A stretch of DNA of 64,000 nt from the NCBI RefSeq assembly GCF_001194135.2, contig NC_068981.1:168382488-168446487 (forward strand), in the 5' to 3' direction. A program made the translations under genes and the position numbers. A model generated the notes under the pieces. The model searched no databases. It was not told the DNA's origin and saw only the letters and a program-made list of their open reading frames with translations. Each line of letters opens with the position of its first letter. Positions within the stretch are counted from its first letter, which is position 1. Source of the DNA: Octopus bimaculoides. Taxonomy: Eukaryota. Shown one piece after another: positions 1-14,311 of the stretch.

Positions 1-278
1 CATAATGGGTTTTGCACAGTCTCCACTCACAAAGCATTGGCTGGCCTAGTTCATTGTAGAAGACGCTAGCACAAAATGTCATGCAATGTGGCCAAACCCA
101 AAAACCATGAGGTTGCACAATGGTTCTCATAATCATACTGCCAAGTTTGTGCACATATAGTAGATGACACCCCAACAACTCTAAAAAAAAAAAGAGGTGG
201 GAACAGAACAGATGTATTATTGATGCTATGGACTGATGAGGAGAAAGAATATCAGGAGAGAAATAAAAAACAACTTAC

Positions 279-332
279 ATTTTATAATTCTTTGATGTCT
301 GTTATCCATGTCATGAGAAAACCTGCTCCAAG
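279..332 (-). CDS. MCRIP2: MCRIP/FAM195-family gene, paralogous 54-nt exon 4b ((S/A)WSRFSHDMDNRHQRIIK)
   Basis: Long poly-U tract then atttcAG, donor GTAAGT. Same length and phase as 4a, open only in the matching frame. Shares W, D, R, H, R, K with 4a. Confidence 0.75.
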
Positions 333-3300
333 CTGAAATGGTAAAAAAAAAAAAAAGAGGTTAAGGAAAATGAAAATAAATCCAAGTTAGATATCTAAAT
401 ATCAGAGATGTGTTAGTATGAATTCATTAGAGTATCATTAATCTTATATTTAATTTACACCTGTCATTACTGCTGATTAGCTCCCAGCTAATCTCTAATC
501 AACCAACAAGATCCAGTCCTTATTATGATGTGGTGACTTGCATGCCTCAAAGATCCTGAGAGCTATGCCAGGGGAGAGCAAATTCTTGGTAAAGGCTTTC
601 CATGCAGGACAGGACAAAGAATGGCAGCCAGAGCAATGTGGACCATGGCCAAAGCCACTACCTTGAAGAAAGCAAAGTTACAGAACCATCAATGATGATT
701 TGAAACCAAGACCCAAGAGAGAGAGGAAAAGACAGCCCAGAGTTGAGAACAGAGAAGAAAAGTCATTGATAACCTATTCTCCAAAGGGAGCATAAGTTTT
801 ACTGATGAAATGATAATCCCTGATCTAACATACTTGTATAATCAAACATGTTTCAAGCATGACTATTGATTTCATTTTTTTCCTTCACACAGCATACTGT
901 AAACTACATTATGAAGTGTCCTTTTTTATTAACTATATGGTACAGTTTGAGACAGATTTGGGTAATATTTCATGTGGAGGCCTTCTTGTAGCTGCCTATA
1001 CTACCATTTCTATTGGTTATATTTTCTGATCATCTTCAGTTTACAGATACATATAAAATGTAGTAAAAGCACTTCTTATTGGCACCATCTTATTATCTGT
1101 TTCGAATTTGAATCAAATTTAACTTCTAAGTCAGGGATAAATTTGCAATGCTCAGATTATTGTGATACTCTGTCTATGTCATTTCCATTACAAGCAGAAT
1201 CACTTCATGTAAGTTAATTACACTTTCTACCACATATCATATGAATGAATGAGTGGTGATAAAGCTGAGTTGAACATCAACTGAAATCAACTTTTATTAA
1301 CTATTCACATCTAAGATACCTTTTGTAATTCAGTGACCTATGTTCATGGAATAAATAGCACTTTACAAACAGCCCCCCTTATGTTTTGAAAAAATTATAT
1401 ATATATATATAATTGGCATTAGGAAGGGCATCCAGTTGTAGAAACTCAGCCAGATCAGATTGGAGTCTGGTGTAGCCATCTGGTTCGCCAGTCCCCAGTC
1501 AAATCGTCCAACCCATGCTAGCATGAAAAGCGGACGTTAAATGATGACGACGATAACGATATATGCCAGCATGAAAGGCAGACATTAAACGATGATGTGT
1601 ATAGTCCCACTTTTTTGCAAAACCATGGTAATGATTTTAATCGAGAAGTGAAAATTTTGCATGCACAACATTTTTGTTTTCCATATTTTCCTACATTATT
1701 CCATCCAGCAAGTGCTTTTATTTTCAGTATTTGCATACACCAGAGCTTTTCATATGTAAATTTTATAGGGAAATTACTAAAGAGGCAAGAACTTATAATG
1801 AAATTCTATTGGACTTTGGTAAGTAATCAGTCTTGTTTCTGTTCATTGATAACACAATAGCCAATTGATATATTACTTTCAAAATCATGATTCAAATAAT
1901 AAGCAGTGTCTTGTTTAAATATTTTAATACTAAAAAAAATCACGACCCCTTCTAAACACCCAGTGACCCTGTCTATAATGACCCTTGACACTTGCTATTC
2001 ACTCAGGGGGACACTATGTTTTCCTTTGCATGTGGGTGTGAGAGAAATAAAATGTGATGTAAATATAAATAAAAACTGAAAAGCAAAGTTGTTTTTAAAA
2101 AAACAAACAACCACAATATTTGACACTATGAATATTAATTTAAGACCAAATAGAGCAACATGCTCACTGGTAGTATTTGAACCACCTATTTACTTACTAC
2201 TGGGTAACTAATTTTCTTACCAATTACACGATATAGTACCTACCAATTCTTTTCTTCAAATAAGGTACTATCCCATAGCCTAATGTAACTTACATTAAAA
2301 ACTTTCCTAGTTAATCCATAATAATCTTCTTTGTTGCATACTTATTCTTTACACATTCCAACAGATTTAAACGCAAGTATGCAAGAACATATTAAGAATA
2401 GATGTGCAAGTTGTCAGTACAAATCTTGTTCACCACACATATAACAGTTTATTATTCTTTGTTGTTAATTTGTAATAAAAATTGTATTTCTTAGAAATGT
2501 GATGCACCAAATGTGCTTCAGAACAGTAAGATATTAAAGATACCAGTTGCAGTGTACAGCTGCCCATTCTGGTATTATTATTATTATTATTATTATTGTT
2601 ATTATTTTTATCTGGTAGTGAAGAAAGAAAGCGGTGCCCATCCATGACTGGCATGAAGAACGTATCCTCAAACAGGTAGTATTTGAACTCAAAACATAAA
2701 AAACGAACAATGACCACATTCTTAGAATACTACCATTCCAACTCTCCAAGTCTGATACAAAGTATTATTTTTCCTAAATAAAACTACCGAACTTTGATTC
2801 AATTCCTTGCCCTTTTCCCTCTCCTTGAGGGAAAGTCTATTACACTCATGAGTTCAATAGTCTATTTACTAATTCTTTAGTAAATAGAAAAATTGGCTGT
2901 TGAGGAAACTACCAGCAAAGTTGATCTAGGTGGGATCTGAACTCAAAGTGAATCAGAACAAATATCACAAGGTATTCTATTCAATGCTTTAATGACTCCA
3001 CCAAAAAAAGTGCCATAGCCAGCCAATGGATGGAACTTGTAGTAGAGAGTAATCAAAGACGGCAGAGAAGGTAGTGAGATTGGATCTAAGAACCTTGGAA
3101 ATTTGCAGGTGAAGTGAAACAAAATTGAGTGATGATATGCTAAATGCAATTCTGTCCATTTTATGTGAGCATGGGCAAATGGACATTATTCCTTTTGTTA
3201 CAATATTTCTGCTGAAATACACTGCCTTTGTTTTGGTTAATTTTGAAAATAATAAAGAATGTAGTAAAATAACTGCTATTTTTAGGCTAGTATCATGACG

Positions 3301-3944
3301 ATGATGATGATCAGCATTTAATGTCTGTCTTTCAGGCTGGCTTGAGCTGGATAGTTTCACAATGAGCTGGAGAACTACATTGAACTTCAATGACTGCTTC
3401 TATATGCTTTCTGCAGCTGGAACCCTTTGCCCTTCCAAATGCCAACCACTTTATAGCCTGTGAAGGTCATCAAGTAACTTGTAAGACAAAGAAGAAGCTT
3501 CCTAGAGGAAAGTGGCTTTATGCCAGGTATAAAGCCATCTTCTCCTAAGAGGCTTTATGATAGAGGGATAGGAACAAATGTCTTGCAATAGAAGAGATAC
3601 ATGGCTACCTTGCATCATATAGGAGTGATTGGGAAAGAAAATGAAAATGTTTGTGACAAGGTGTTGGAGTATACTGTCAAGGTACAAGAAGGTGGATGTA
3701 AAAGAAAATGCAGACTGAGGGTGGAGAGGTGTAGTTGGATAAGTTTATAACAGTGTGAGGGGAAAGTAACAGGTGGTTAGAGATGGGAGTAGAGGTTGAT
3801 GTAGTGAATGATGTACAAGGGTGGAGTTGTGGCTGATGATAGATATCAATATTGGGGAGAAGGTAAAAGAAATAGCTCAAGAAGGTGGGAGTGATAAGTG
3901 GTAGAGAGTAGCAGTAGAATAAGGTTGTAAATAAACCAGAAAAT

Positions 3945-3946
<2 letters not shown>

Positions 3947-3990
<44 letters not shown>

Positions 3991-4001
3991 GAGAGAGAGA
4001 G
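3947..4001. repeat. (GA)n microsatellite; many further (TA)n, (TG)n, (ATT)n and (GAT)n tracts occur, and most N gaps are bordered by them
   Basis: Directly visible. Confidence 0.95.
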
Positions 4002-5830
4002 ATGAAAGTGAGAGATAAATTAAAATGAAAATCTGATGGAAGATTTTAATTTATATCACTTTAAGCAAAAAGTTTGTATTACAAAATCCTGGATGGTCTC
4101 AGTTTGCATCAAAGGGGTTAAAATGATGATGATAAAAGTGAAGAAGAATCATTCAGATTTGTGCTTGTTTATATTTGGTGATTGGTGCCAAAAACTTAAC
4201 AACAACAGACAATTAAATAAGCAAATTACACAGCTATTTTAAACCATACTTTCATTGATTTTCTTGTTCTATTGTTTGCTGATAACCTTTTACATTAAAG
4301 TAAACATATATTAACTATTACATAATTTCATATTTTTCTCATTATTATTTTGTTTCCCTTGCCCACATCTTTAGTGATGTTTCTTTTCCCAGCCCCAGAT
4401 CCTTGAGAAAAAAAAAGATGGTTGTTTAAAAATTACTAATGCTTTGTATGTTTACTGATCTTGTACTTTGTAGATAAGGCAATGAACACAAGTGAACACA
4501 GTTTTCACCTTTACAACACAGTTGAGTGATTAACAATAAGAAAGAACAAACCAGCCAAAACTATCATATCTGAGCCAATAAGGGCCTTCATAGTCACTTA
4601 ACCTCCTAGAAATAGCAACTGAATCTCTCACAAATTACACCATACCAACTTAGATCATCATCATCATTTACTCCTTTAGCATTCAAACTAGCTATATCCA
4701 GCCCAAATATTCAATCTTGTTTTAAGTTCAAATTGGCCAGATGCAGCCTTTCATACCTATCCTACAATGTCATCTTAAAAATAGACAATCAAACCATTAA
4801 AATCACAAAGCTATAAGATAGTTGATGATTAATTTAAAGCAGTGTGAATAAATAAGCATTACATTTGACACCATAATTTCAATGCTAAAGAGTTAAAGCT
4901 CATGTTTTATGCTGACATAGGTTAAATGGTTTGACAGGATCCAAGGACTGGACCATGCTTCAGTTTCTGTTCTGATATGTTTTCTGTGGCTGGATGCCCT
5001 TCCTAATGCCAATCCTAATGCCAATCACTTTACAGTATGTACTAGGTGCTTTTCTCGTGTTGATGGCATTATTGAGGTCACCATGCATCTTGCAAGAAAA
5101 CAAAACCAGAGGATGGGGGAGCCTTATGTTAGCAGACTAGGATTAAAGTATGAGAAGAAGTGGTTCAGAGAGGTTCTTGCTGTAAAGGAGTTACATTCAG
5201 CAACGTGGTTCCTAACATATAAAAAGACTGGATGATCATGGCTGGAACATCTTAGATCATAGATCTATTGGATCAATGTTATATTGGGATCTAAACAACA
5301 GTAACCCTTGTCCCAACAACATGCAAACATAAAAGAAAAAATTGCAAAAACAATACAAATGAAACAATATATAAATTCAAATCATCATAACTGGACATTT
5401 CCCAGACTGTTTTACTTCTGAGAATGGGTCTTTGCACCAGAAATATATAGGTTTTGTGAAACTATGCACATCATCAGAAGCTTTCCTATTTTCCCTTCAT
5501 TTATATGCCTGCTTTTCCATGCTTGCATAGGTTAGATGAATGTCACTGAGGCAGCATTTCAAAGCCAGATTTTCTTCCTGTCGCTAATTCTTACCGGCTT
5601 TTCAATTAAAGGATCTCTTATTCCATGAATATATGATGTTCCTTTTTTTTTTTCCAGTTTCCATCAACCAAATCTACTTACAAAGCTTTAGGTGATCTGG
5701 GATTATGTTAGAAGACAGTTGCCCAAAGTGCAATGCAGCGGGACTGAACTAGAAGCCAAATGGTTGGGAAGTGAACTTCTTAAACACACAGGCATGCCTG
5801 CACTTACATCACAAATATGTATGTGTGTGC

Positions 5831-5864
<34 letters not shown>

Positions 5865-6186
5865 NNNNNNNNNNNNNNNNNNNNNNNNNNNNNNNNNNNN
5901 NNNNNNNNNNNNNNNNNNNNNNNNNNNNNNNNNNNNNNNNNNNNNNNNNNNNNNNNNNNNNNNNNNNNNNNNNNNNNNNNNNNNNNNNNNNNNNNNNNNN
6001 NNNNNNNNNNNNNNNNNNNNNNNNNNNNNNNNNNNNNNNNNNNNNNNNNNNNNNNNNNNNNNNNNNNNNNNNNNNNNNNNNNNNNNNNNNNNNNNNNNNN
6101 NNNNNNNNNNNNNNNNNNNNNNNNNNNNNNNNNNNNNNNNNATATATATATATGTATATATGAAATAATAAAACAGATATACTCAC

Positions 6187-6240
6187 CCTTGTTGTCTCTG
6201 GGATGCCTGCTGTCAGGTTCAGAAACTACTTTGTTCCAAG
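6187..6240 (-). CDS. MCRIP2: MCRIP/FAM195-family gene, 54-nt exon 4a ((S)WNKVVSEPDSRHPRDNK)
   Basis: Acceptor ctgtttttcAG, donor GTGAGT. t+ct gives Ser and places the conserved Trp of the family EAW motif. Confidence 0.82.
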
Positions 6241-6630
6241 CTGAAAAACAGAATTGCAAGTGTTTGAGTGTTACACATTCAAAAATAGCTTATGGAAAAA
6301 TTACCTCATTAACATAATTATGATAATAGCTTACTTAGTAAAAAGATTAACTCAAGGATCCAGTTTTTTGTGCAATAAATTTTACCACTATCACCATCAC
6401 TGTCATTCATCTCATACATGCCTATACTGATCAGACAAAATTCAGTGAGCAGATTTTCTACAGTTGGCTGCCCTTCCTGACACAAACCCTCACCTGTTTC
6501 CAAGCAATGTAACATTGCCCTATGGCTGAACATGTTTCCATGGAATATTAGAAACAAGGGACATTGCTTAATGGTAACACTTATTTAGAACTATCACACA
6601 TTGACAAGACAAGGCGACACAAAGGCAACT

Positions 6631-8520
6631 CAATAGCAAGTTATCTCTACATATGTCTCCACAGCCAGGATTGACAGAAGAATAGGACTGCTGCTATAAG
6701 ATCCTTCTGCCGATTACCTCAGTGACATCAGACAGTGACTTTATTATCATGGCTGGTGACTTCAGACATGTTAGCTGATATAATGATGGTTTCTGTGATA
6801 TAAATGGAGGGTATGATTCAAGAAATGAAGGTGTAAGGTTATTGTTGTTCTGTGAAGCAACTGATCAAACAATTTGGAACACACTTTAAGAAGCCAGCCA
6901 ACCCAGCAACCACCTCAACACTTATCAATCTGGCAAACAAACATTGGATAGATTATGTTTTTCTCCAGGAAATGGGACAGAAGGATATTCCTGGTGGAAA
7001 ATGCACCATGCAACATAGATTAGTGTCTGGTGACTTCAGATTCAGAGAGAAACTGACGGAAACTGAAGACAATATGGAGGAGACATGGGAACTAAAAGAT
7101 CCTGCAATAGGGAATAGATTTAGAGAAATTCTAGCTGAAGCGTATGATTACAGAGAGAAAGATTTAGATACCTACTTGGAGCCACAGATCAGGCATGTGG
7201 CTGGGGCAAAGTGCTAGACAAACAAAGATAAGGTAGTGGTGGAATGAGATAGTTGATAGGGGGTAAAAATGCTCAAGAGATATGATTGGAAGGAAGGTCA
7301 TTGTAGGGAGCATTATCAAATGGTTAGAAGAGCAGCTAGGAGACAGGTATACTTGGTTAAGGATGAAGCAGAAAGGAAGAGAATAATGCATGTCATGCAA
7401 TGTGAGGATTAAAGGTGTAAAGTGTTCAGGGTTGCAAGAATGTAGAGAACCAAGGTGTCACTGGTAAGAAGAATATTCAAAATAATTAAGGCATACTTGC
7501 CATCAATATAGAAGACAAGTAAGTGGTATGGAAGTGCTATTATGAGAGGTAGCTGAACATGGTAGATAAAGCAATTAAGAATATGAAGGGCGAGAAAACT
7601 GAAGGTCCATCAAGGATAGTTGCAGATATTGTAAACTGCTTCAAAGTCAAAGGAAATACTTTACGGAGAAGTAACTTTAGGAGAATCAAACTACTGGATC
7701 AAGTTATGAAGATCACAGAGAGAATCATAGCACAATTGATCAGGACAGAACAGACTTTGATGAGATGTAGCTTGGCCTTATGCCTAAAAGTACCATGGAT
7801 GCAATCTTCCAGTGAGGTAATTTCAGAAGAAATACTTGGCAAAGAGCAAACCACTGTTCCTGGTATTCATTGATTTGAAAAAGGGTTTGATAGGGTATCA
7901 CCTTCAGTAATTTGGTGGTTTCTAAGGAAACTAGGTGTAGAAGAATGGCTTGTTGGGGTTGTATAAGTTATGTACAAAGATTCAGTTAGTCAGGGATGAC
8001 AAAGATTTCAGAGACGAACTTAGTGCAAAAATAGGAGTCCATCAAGGTTCAGTCCTCTGTCTTCTCATTGTAGTCTTACAAGTTGTCATGGAGGAGTTCA
8101 AGGCTGGTTGTCTATGGGAAGTCCTATATGTTGATGACCTATGTAGTGGAATCAGAGAGGAAATTCTCGGCATAGAAGCCAAACCTAAAATCAAGAGGCC
8201 TCAAGGACTCTGGTATCTTTGGGAAAATGCTTTGTTTCAAATGCAGGAAGGGAATGAGTATAAACTCCATGTGCTGTACTAAATGTTAGCTACGGACATT
8301 CAAGAGGTATAGTGGAGTCACAGGCAGACTAACAAATAAAGTAAGCTTCATACATGACACATGTACTGGAGCAGTATGAATTATGAGCATACCAGAAATA
8401 GTCTCTCTTAAATGCCCAGACAAGTCATTAGAAGTACTTGGTAGCTTTTGTTACCTGGGAGATGTAATTAGCAAGGGAGGTTGTTGCTCTGAAAGAGTAG
8501 TAGCCAAGGTAAGAACAGGT
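6631..8520 (+). mobile_element. RTE-type LINE ORF2 relic (APE endonuclease, RT, Cys-rich finger)
   Basis: Broken frames give IMAGDF, WIDYVFL, IKLLDQVMKITERII, FIDLKKGFDRV, GVHQGSVL, LYVDDL and FCYLGDVIS. Confidence 0.88.
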
Positions 8521-9729
8521 TCATCATTATCATCGTCGTCATCATTTAATGACCGTTTTCCATGCTGGTATAGGTTGGATGGTTTGACTGAAAACCAGTA
8601 AGCTGCACCAGGTTCCAATTTGATTTGGTATGGATGCCCTTCCTAACACCAACCACTCCAACAGGAGAAAGCAGATCTCATGACCTTGAACCTAATAGGA
8701 GATGAGTGAGGACCAGGATTTGAGTTCAAATGTCACTAAGGTCAACTTTGCTCTTCATCCTTTTCAGGACAACGAGGTTAAGTACCAATTGAACACTGGG
8801 ATATAATCAACTTCCCCTCCCCCTCAAAATTACAAGCCCGTGCCAATATTAGAATTAATATTATTATTGTAACTAATAATAATACTGATTAGTGTACTTG
8901 ACTGATACTTGTTATTGATTTGGGAAAGATGAAAGGTAAATTTGAGGTTGCAAGGACTTGAACTCAAAATGTGAAGATCTGAAAGAAGCACCTCCAAGCA
9001 GTTCATCTGACATTTACTCTCTTCTGATTACACATATTTTTAGAGATGAGTATACTGATCCCCAAATGTAATGGTTTTTATAACACCACAGAGATAATAA
9101 AAATAAGCTATGTTTGTGTGTGGAAATCAAAACAGTGACATGACCTAGATAACTTATTACATTTAGGTCAGCTGAGAACCATTTGTGTTTGACCTATTGC
9201 TCTAAAAATAAAATATAATAAGGTATGAAATCTACTAGACAGTAAAAAATTGTGCTCTGTGCCTGAGACCGTAAGCATTATATGATGATGATGATGATGA
9301 TGGCGAAACAAGCAGAGAAACCTGCCTGCATATAAGCACAATAACTGCAACCAAAATGTTAACTTATGACCTTGAAATCACATCAATATAAACGCTATGT
9401 ATACAGAAATTTAAAATGCAACAATGACAGCTTCTAATTGTAAACTGTTTAAGTAAATAAACAAAAAATATTTTCTGATATTTGACACACACAGATAATA
9501 GACATTAAATATACACGTTTCAGCAGTAACTCCTGGTATATGCTATTTTAAAAATCAAAGCCAAATAACGGACTAAGGGAACATATAGCATGTATGTGCT
9601 CTCTCTTTAGCTCTCTATCTCTCTTAGAGAGAGAGAGGGGGAGAGAGAGAGAGGGGGAGAGAGAGAGAGAAAGAGAGAGAGATAGAGAGAGAGGAATAAG
9701 ATGTTATTTGCATCCCTTTGCATATTATA

Positions 9730-10320
9730 AGTGAAATCGAAATTGAAATCAAACCAAATTCGACGACTGGTACTCATGCCAACCTTTCCTTCATTGGACA
9801 CTAAACTCTGCTTGCAAAGACCTGTTGGGGCAAGTGAAATCGAAATCGTAATTGAACCAAATTCAATGACTGGTACCTGTGCCAGTGGAGTGGAGCGCTA
9901 ACAGCACCGTCCAAGCGTGATCATTGCCAGAGCAGCTGTCTGGCTTTCGTGCCGGTGGCACGTAAATAGCACAATTTGAGTGTGATCGTTACCAGCGTCG
10001 ACTTACTGGCACATGAAGAAACATTCAAGCAAGGTCATTGCCAGTGCTGCTGAACTGGCTCCTGTGCAGGTGGCACGTAAAAAAATACCATTTGAGCGTA
10101 GCCATTGCCAGTACCACCTGACTAGCCCTCGTGCCGGTGGCACGTAAAAGCACTCACTACACTCTCGGAGTGGTTGGCGTTAGGAAGGGCATCTAGCTGT
10201 AGAAACACTGCTAGATCAGATTGGAGCCTGGTGCAGCCATCTGGTTCGCCAGTCCTCAGTCAAATCGTCCAACCCATGCCAGCATGGAAAGTGGATGTTA
10301 AATGATGATGATGATGATGA
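9730..10320 (+). mobile_element. Long copy of RTE-tail repeat family C (subrepeats, ...AACCCATGCYAGCATGGAAA..., (GAT)n tail)
   Basis: The same tail occurs at about 1412-1596, 17607-17779(-), 19980-20175, 25680-25910, 27760-28180(-), 32720-32945, 41985-42080(-), 43370-43530, 46518-46664(-) and 63820-64000(-). Confidence 0.85.
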
Positions 10321-10967
10321 AGATATGTATTGCAAGCCTTGCATTCTTGCAGGGAATACCACATTTTTAATATGTAGAAGTTAGAAAGTGGCCCAAGAGC
10401 TGGGTGTTTCCTTCATCAGAGTTTCATAAGTACCATGCATGAAATTTGGCCCATGAGCCAATGTAACTTCTATCAATTAAATATAATAAAATATATATAC
10501 TCATGTATTTACACACACATACATCCATCATCATAATAATGATAATAATAAGTCATTTCTACTATAGGCACAAGGCCTGAAATTTGGGGGAGGGGGCTTG
10601 TTGATTACATCAACCCCAGTGTTCCACTGGTACTTATTTTATCGACCCCAAAAGGATGAAAGCGGAGTCAACCTCAACGGTATTTGAACTCAAAACATAA
10701 AAATGGATGAAATACTGCTAAGCATTTCATCTAGTGAACAATAATAATAATCCTTTCTACTATAGGTACAAGGCCTGGAGTTTGTGGGGAAGGGAGTGGT
10801 CGTGCACATTGACCCCAGTGTTTCACTGGTACTTAATTTATCGACCCCAAAATGATGAAAGGCAAAGTTGACCTTGGCAGAATTTGAACTCAGAATGTAA
10901 AGACAAGCGAAATACCGCTAAGCATTTTGCCCGGTGTGCTAATGATTGTACCAGCTCATCACCTTGA

Positions 10968-11000
<33 letters not shown>

Positions 11001-12161
11001 CATATAACATCTGTCTTCAATGATGGCAAGTTTTGGATGCATGAACAGGATATGACTAGCCAGAGGACTGTATTGAGCTCCAGTGTCTTCATTGACATGG
11101 TTTCTATGGCTGAATGCCCTTCCTAATGCCAACCTCCTTAGAGTGTACTGGATGCTTTTTTCATGACACTAGCCCTAGTGAGGTCAAGGCCCTCTTGATT
11201 GAGTGGAGGGGGGTACAGTACTGAGGGGAGTAGCTTTGCACCAGGTGTTGAGAAGCTAATGTATGACAGGGAAGGGCAGGTGTTTTGCTGTAGAGGGAGC
11301 TACATGGCTACCCCAGCTGGAAAGGGATAAAGGATGGTGATAGTGAAATGTCAGGGTGTACCCTCAAGGTATAAGAATAGAAGCAGGTAGAAATAAGAGA
11401 GAGATAGAGATATAAGATTATGGATGGGTGGGTAGATTCACAAGAGTATGAAAGGAGAGTGACAAATGGGGATAGAAGTGAATGCAGTGATTGATGAACA
11501 CAGGCAGAGGCTTGGTCAATGGCAAATCTCTCTCTTCCTAGCTTAAGCGTAGAGTATTTGAAAGGAGGAGGAAGCTTCATGCCAAGTTTTGAGAGGCAAA
11601 AGTATGTGTCTTGCTATAAAGAAAATACATAGCTACTCTGTATTATATAAAGGTTTCAAGTATTTTAAAAATACCCATCATCAAAAGTACTCAAGTGTTA
11701 ATGATGATGATAGCAGTCGAGGTCATGGAGGTTTTAGGGAAGGTTACAACAATGATAATGGAACAACACTGACAACAATAAGATGATGTTAAGAAGAAAT
11801 ATGATGAGATATGGTCATGTTAATAAGGTTATGATGTCATGAAGTTTGGCAAGAATGATGATGTGATTGGCGGCGAGCTGGCAGAAACGTTAGCACGCCG
11901 GGCGAAATGCTTAGCGGTATTTCATCTGCCGCTACATTCTGAGTTCAAGTTCCGCCAAGGTCAACTTCGCCTTTCATCATTTCGGGGTCGATAAATTAAG
12001 TACCAGTTACGCACTGGGGTCGATGTAATCGACTTAATCCCTTTGTCTGTCCTTGTTTGTCCCCTCTATGTTTAGCCCCTTGTGGGCAATAAAGAAATAA
12101 GAAAGATGATATGATATTGCAGGTGATAATAATAATATGAACAGGACTTTGTAATACTTAC

Positions 12162-12274
12162 AATCTGTTAAATATTTAACAATATCGTCGTGTTGAGACT
12201 GCGACTCTGATGGGTAGCTATTCTGTCGATGCACACTCACAGCTCGCTTCCCATTAAATACAGATTTTTGAGAG
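12162..12274 (-). CDS. MCRIP2: MCRIP/FAM195-family gene, coding exon 3 (SQKSVFNGKRAVSVHRQNSYPSESQSQHDDIVKYLTD)
   Basis: Acceptor ttatttgtAG, donor GTAAGT, 113 nt = 1+37 codons+1. SVFNGKR and QHDDIVKYLTD(SW) match the recalled MCRIP1 motifs VVYNGKR and AHEENVRFIYEAW. Confidence 0.88.
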
Positions 12275-14013
12275 CTACAAATAAATAAATAAATAAACAC
12301 ATGAAAACATGTAAATGAAATATCAAATATTTTATAAGCAAATACAATCTAAGTATTATTATTCTATTGAAAAAATCAGCTTCCAATAAGTTCACTCATT
12401 TGATTATTTTTAAAAATTATACTGGTCAAAAATTATTTGTAATTCTTATATTATATATAAAAATGTCAACTATACTGTGCTGATAAGGTCTAATAAACTG
12501 AAACATACCCTTAGTTGTTCAATGCCTGTAATCAAAGATGAAATAATTTTTTCCCAGACAGATAATTTAACTTCATGAGATTAATTATTTATTTCTTAAA
12601 ATTATTTCCTCTTTTTTTTTTCTTCAATTCTTATATGGAATTTTCTTACAGCAACCCTTAAATTATTTATTATAACCAATGCCACTATTCTATTTAAATA
12701 ATTTCCACTTAACTCACTTTTTATCATTTCTTTACATACACCACTAATTAGAGGACAAAAACTGGTAGGAAGTGGAAGACAATTTTAGTCAAAACCACAG
12801 AAGAAATACTGAACATGTAAAATATTTTTACCCAGAAGATGTGGGGACCTTTCAAAGTTGAAACCACCAAAGAAATGCTCATGGGTGTGTTATTGGTAAT
12901 ATCAAAAATAATATGAAATAAGTGTTGGGCAAAATGAGTAGTGGGACATTCTGACCCAACCTAACAAGTGAGTGGGCAATCCTAAACATTTTTGCCGTTT
13001 TTACTTTATTTTATCTTGCTTTAATTATTGTATATTTCATATAATTTATGTTCATTGTATTCCTAGATGTTAATAAATTCATTGTATAATTTCCTTACCC
13101 CTCTTAGTTTTTTATACAACTTTTTCTAGTCCAATCCTTCATAATACGTATACATATTTTAATGTCTACTGCACAGATGATCCCTTGTGGCTAATAAAGA
13201 ACAAGTTATTATTATTATTATTATTAACCAGTTGAACACAATGTAAATGACTAACTCCCTTCTCGAAAATTTCAGGTCTTGTGCCTACAGCAGAAAGGGT
13301 TATTATTATTATTATTGAGAAAGCAGCACATGCCATCAACGTGACACTAGTGTACAAATATACGAAGCCCAGTATACCCGTCATACTACCTGCCTGATAA
13401 GGGTACATAAGACACATACATCACAACCACATGTGCATGACATGGTGACCTCATATCAAGATAAACACCACATGATCTTACAAGTAGGGCCCAGATAAAA
13501 TTTTTTCAGGTTGAGTAGCCCATCCCACTCAAAAGGTCCCTGAATAAAGTTTGTTTAAGGATGATAAATGAAACATCCATATTTCCAGGGGTGAATTATT
13601 CAAACCCCAAAGAATCCCTTTCAACACATCGCTACTACTCTTGCTGGTGATCAGAGATGCACATATTGACAGCCACCAGGGGATATGCTCAACTGATTAA
13701 GGTCAAGCAAGTGACAAGCAAGTCTGTGATACTGAGCAGAATATTCACTGTAGCCCATCTTTTACACCAAGACAAAACATGCATGTGTTAACACTTCTAA
13801 TCAGGAGTCAAGGCAGTAAGCTAGCAGAATCACGTCAGAATAAAATGCTTAGCAGCACTTTGTCTTTATGTTCTGGGTTCAAATTCTATCAAGGTCGACT
13901 GTCTTCCATCCTTTTGGGGTCAATGAAATAAGTATCATCACATGCTGGGGTCAACGTAATCAACAGCCCATTCACCCAAAATTTCAGACCACCTCGTGCC
14001 TATAGTAGAAAGG

Positions 14014-14051
<38 letters not shown>

Positions 14052-14262
14052 GGTGGTGAGCTGGCAGAATCGTTAGAACACTGGGCAAAATGCTAGGCGG
14101 CATTTCGTCTGTCTTCACGTTCTGAGGTCATGTTCCGCCTAGGTCGACTTTGCCTTTCATCCTTTCGGGGTCGATGAAATAAGTACCAGTTATGTACTAG
14201 GGTTGATGAAATCAGCTATCCCCCTCCCCCAAATTTCAGGCCTTGTGCCTATAGTCGAAAGG

Positions 14263-14311
<49 letters not shown>

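Noticed and set aside
2330-2460. Minus-strand CYMCGEQ...HLFLICS resembling an L1/Tx1 C-terminal zinc finger
   Set aside because: Too short and interrupted by a stop; not supportable without a profile search.
5692-6317. Long ORFs spanning N runs (also 33907-34715, 40926-41681, 46766-47443, 56847-57744)
   Set aside because: They are open only because of gap Ns and flanking microsatellites.
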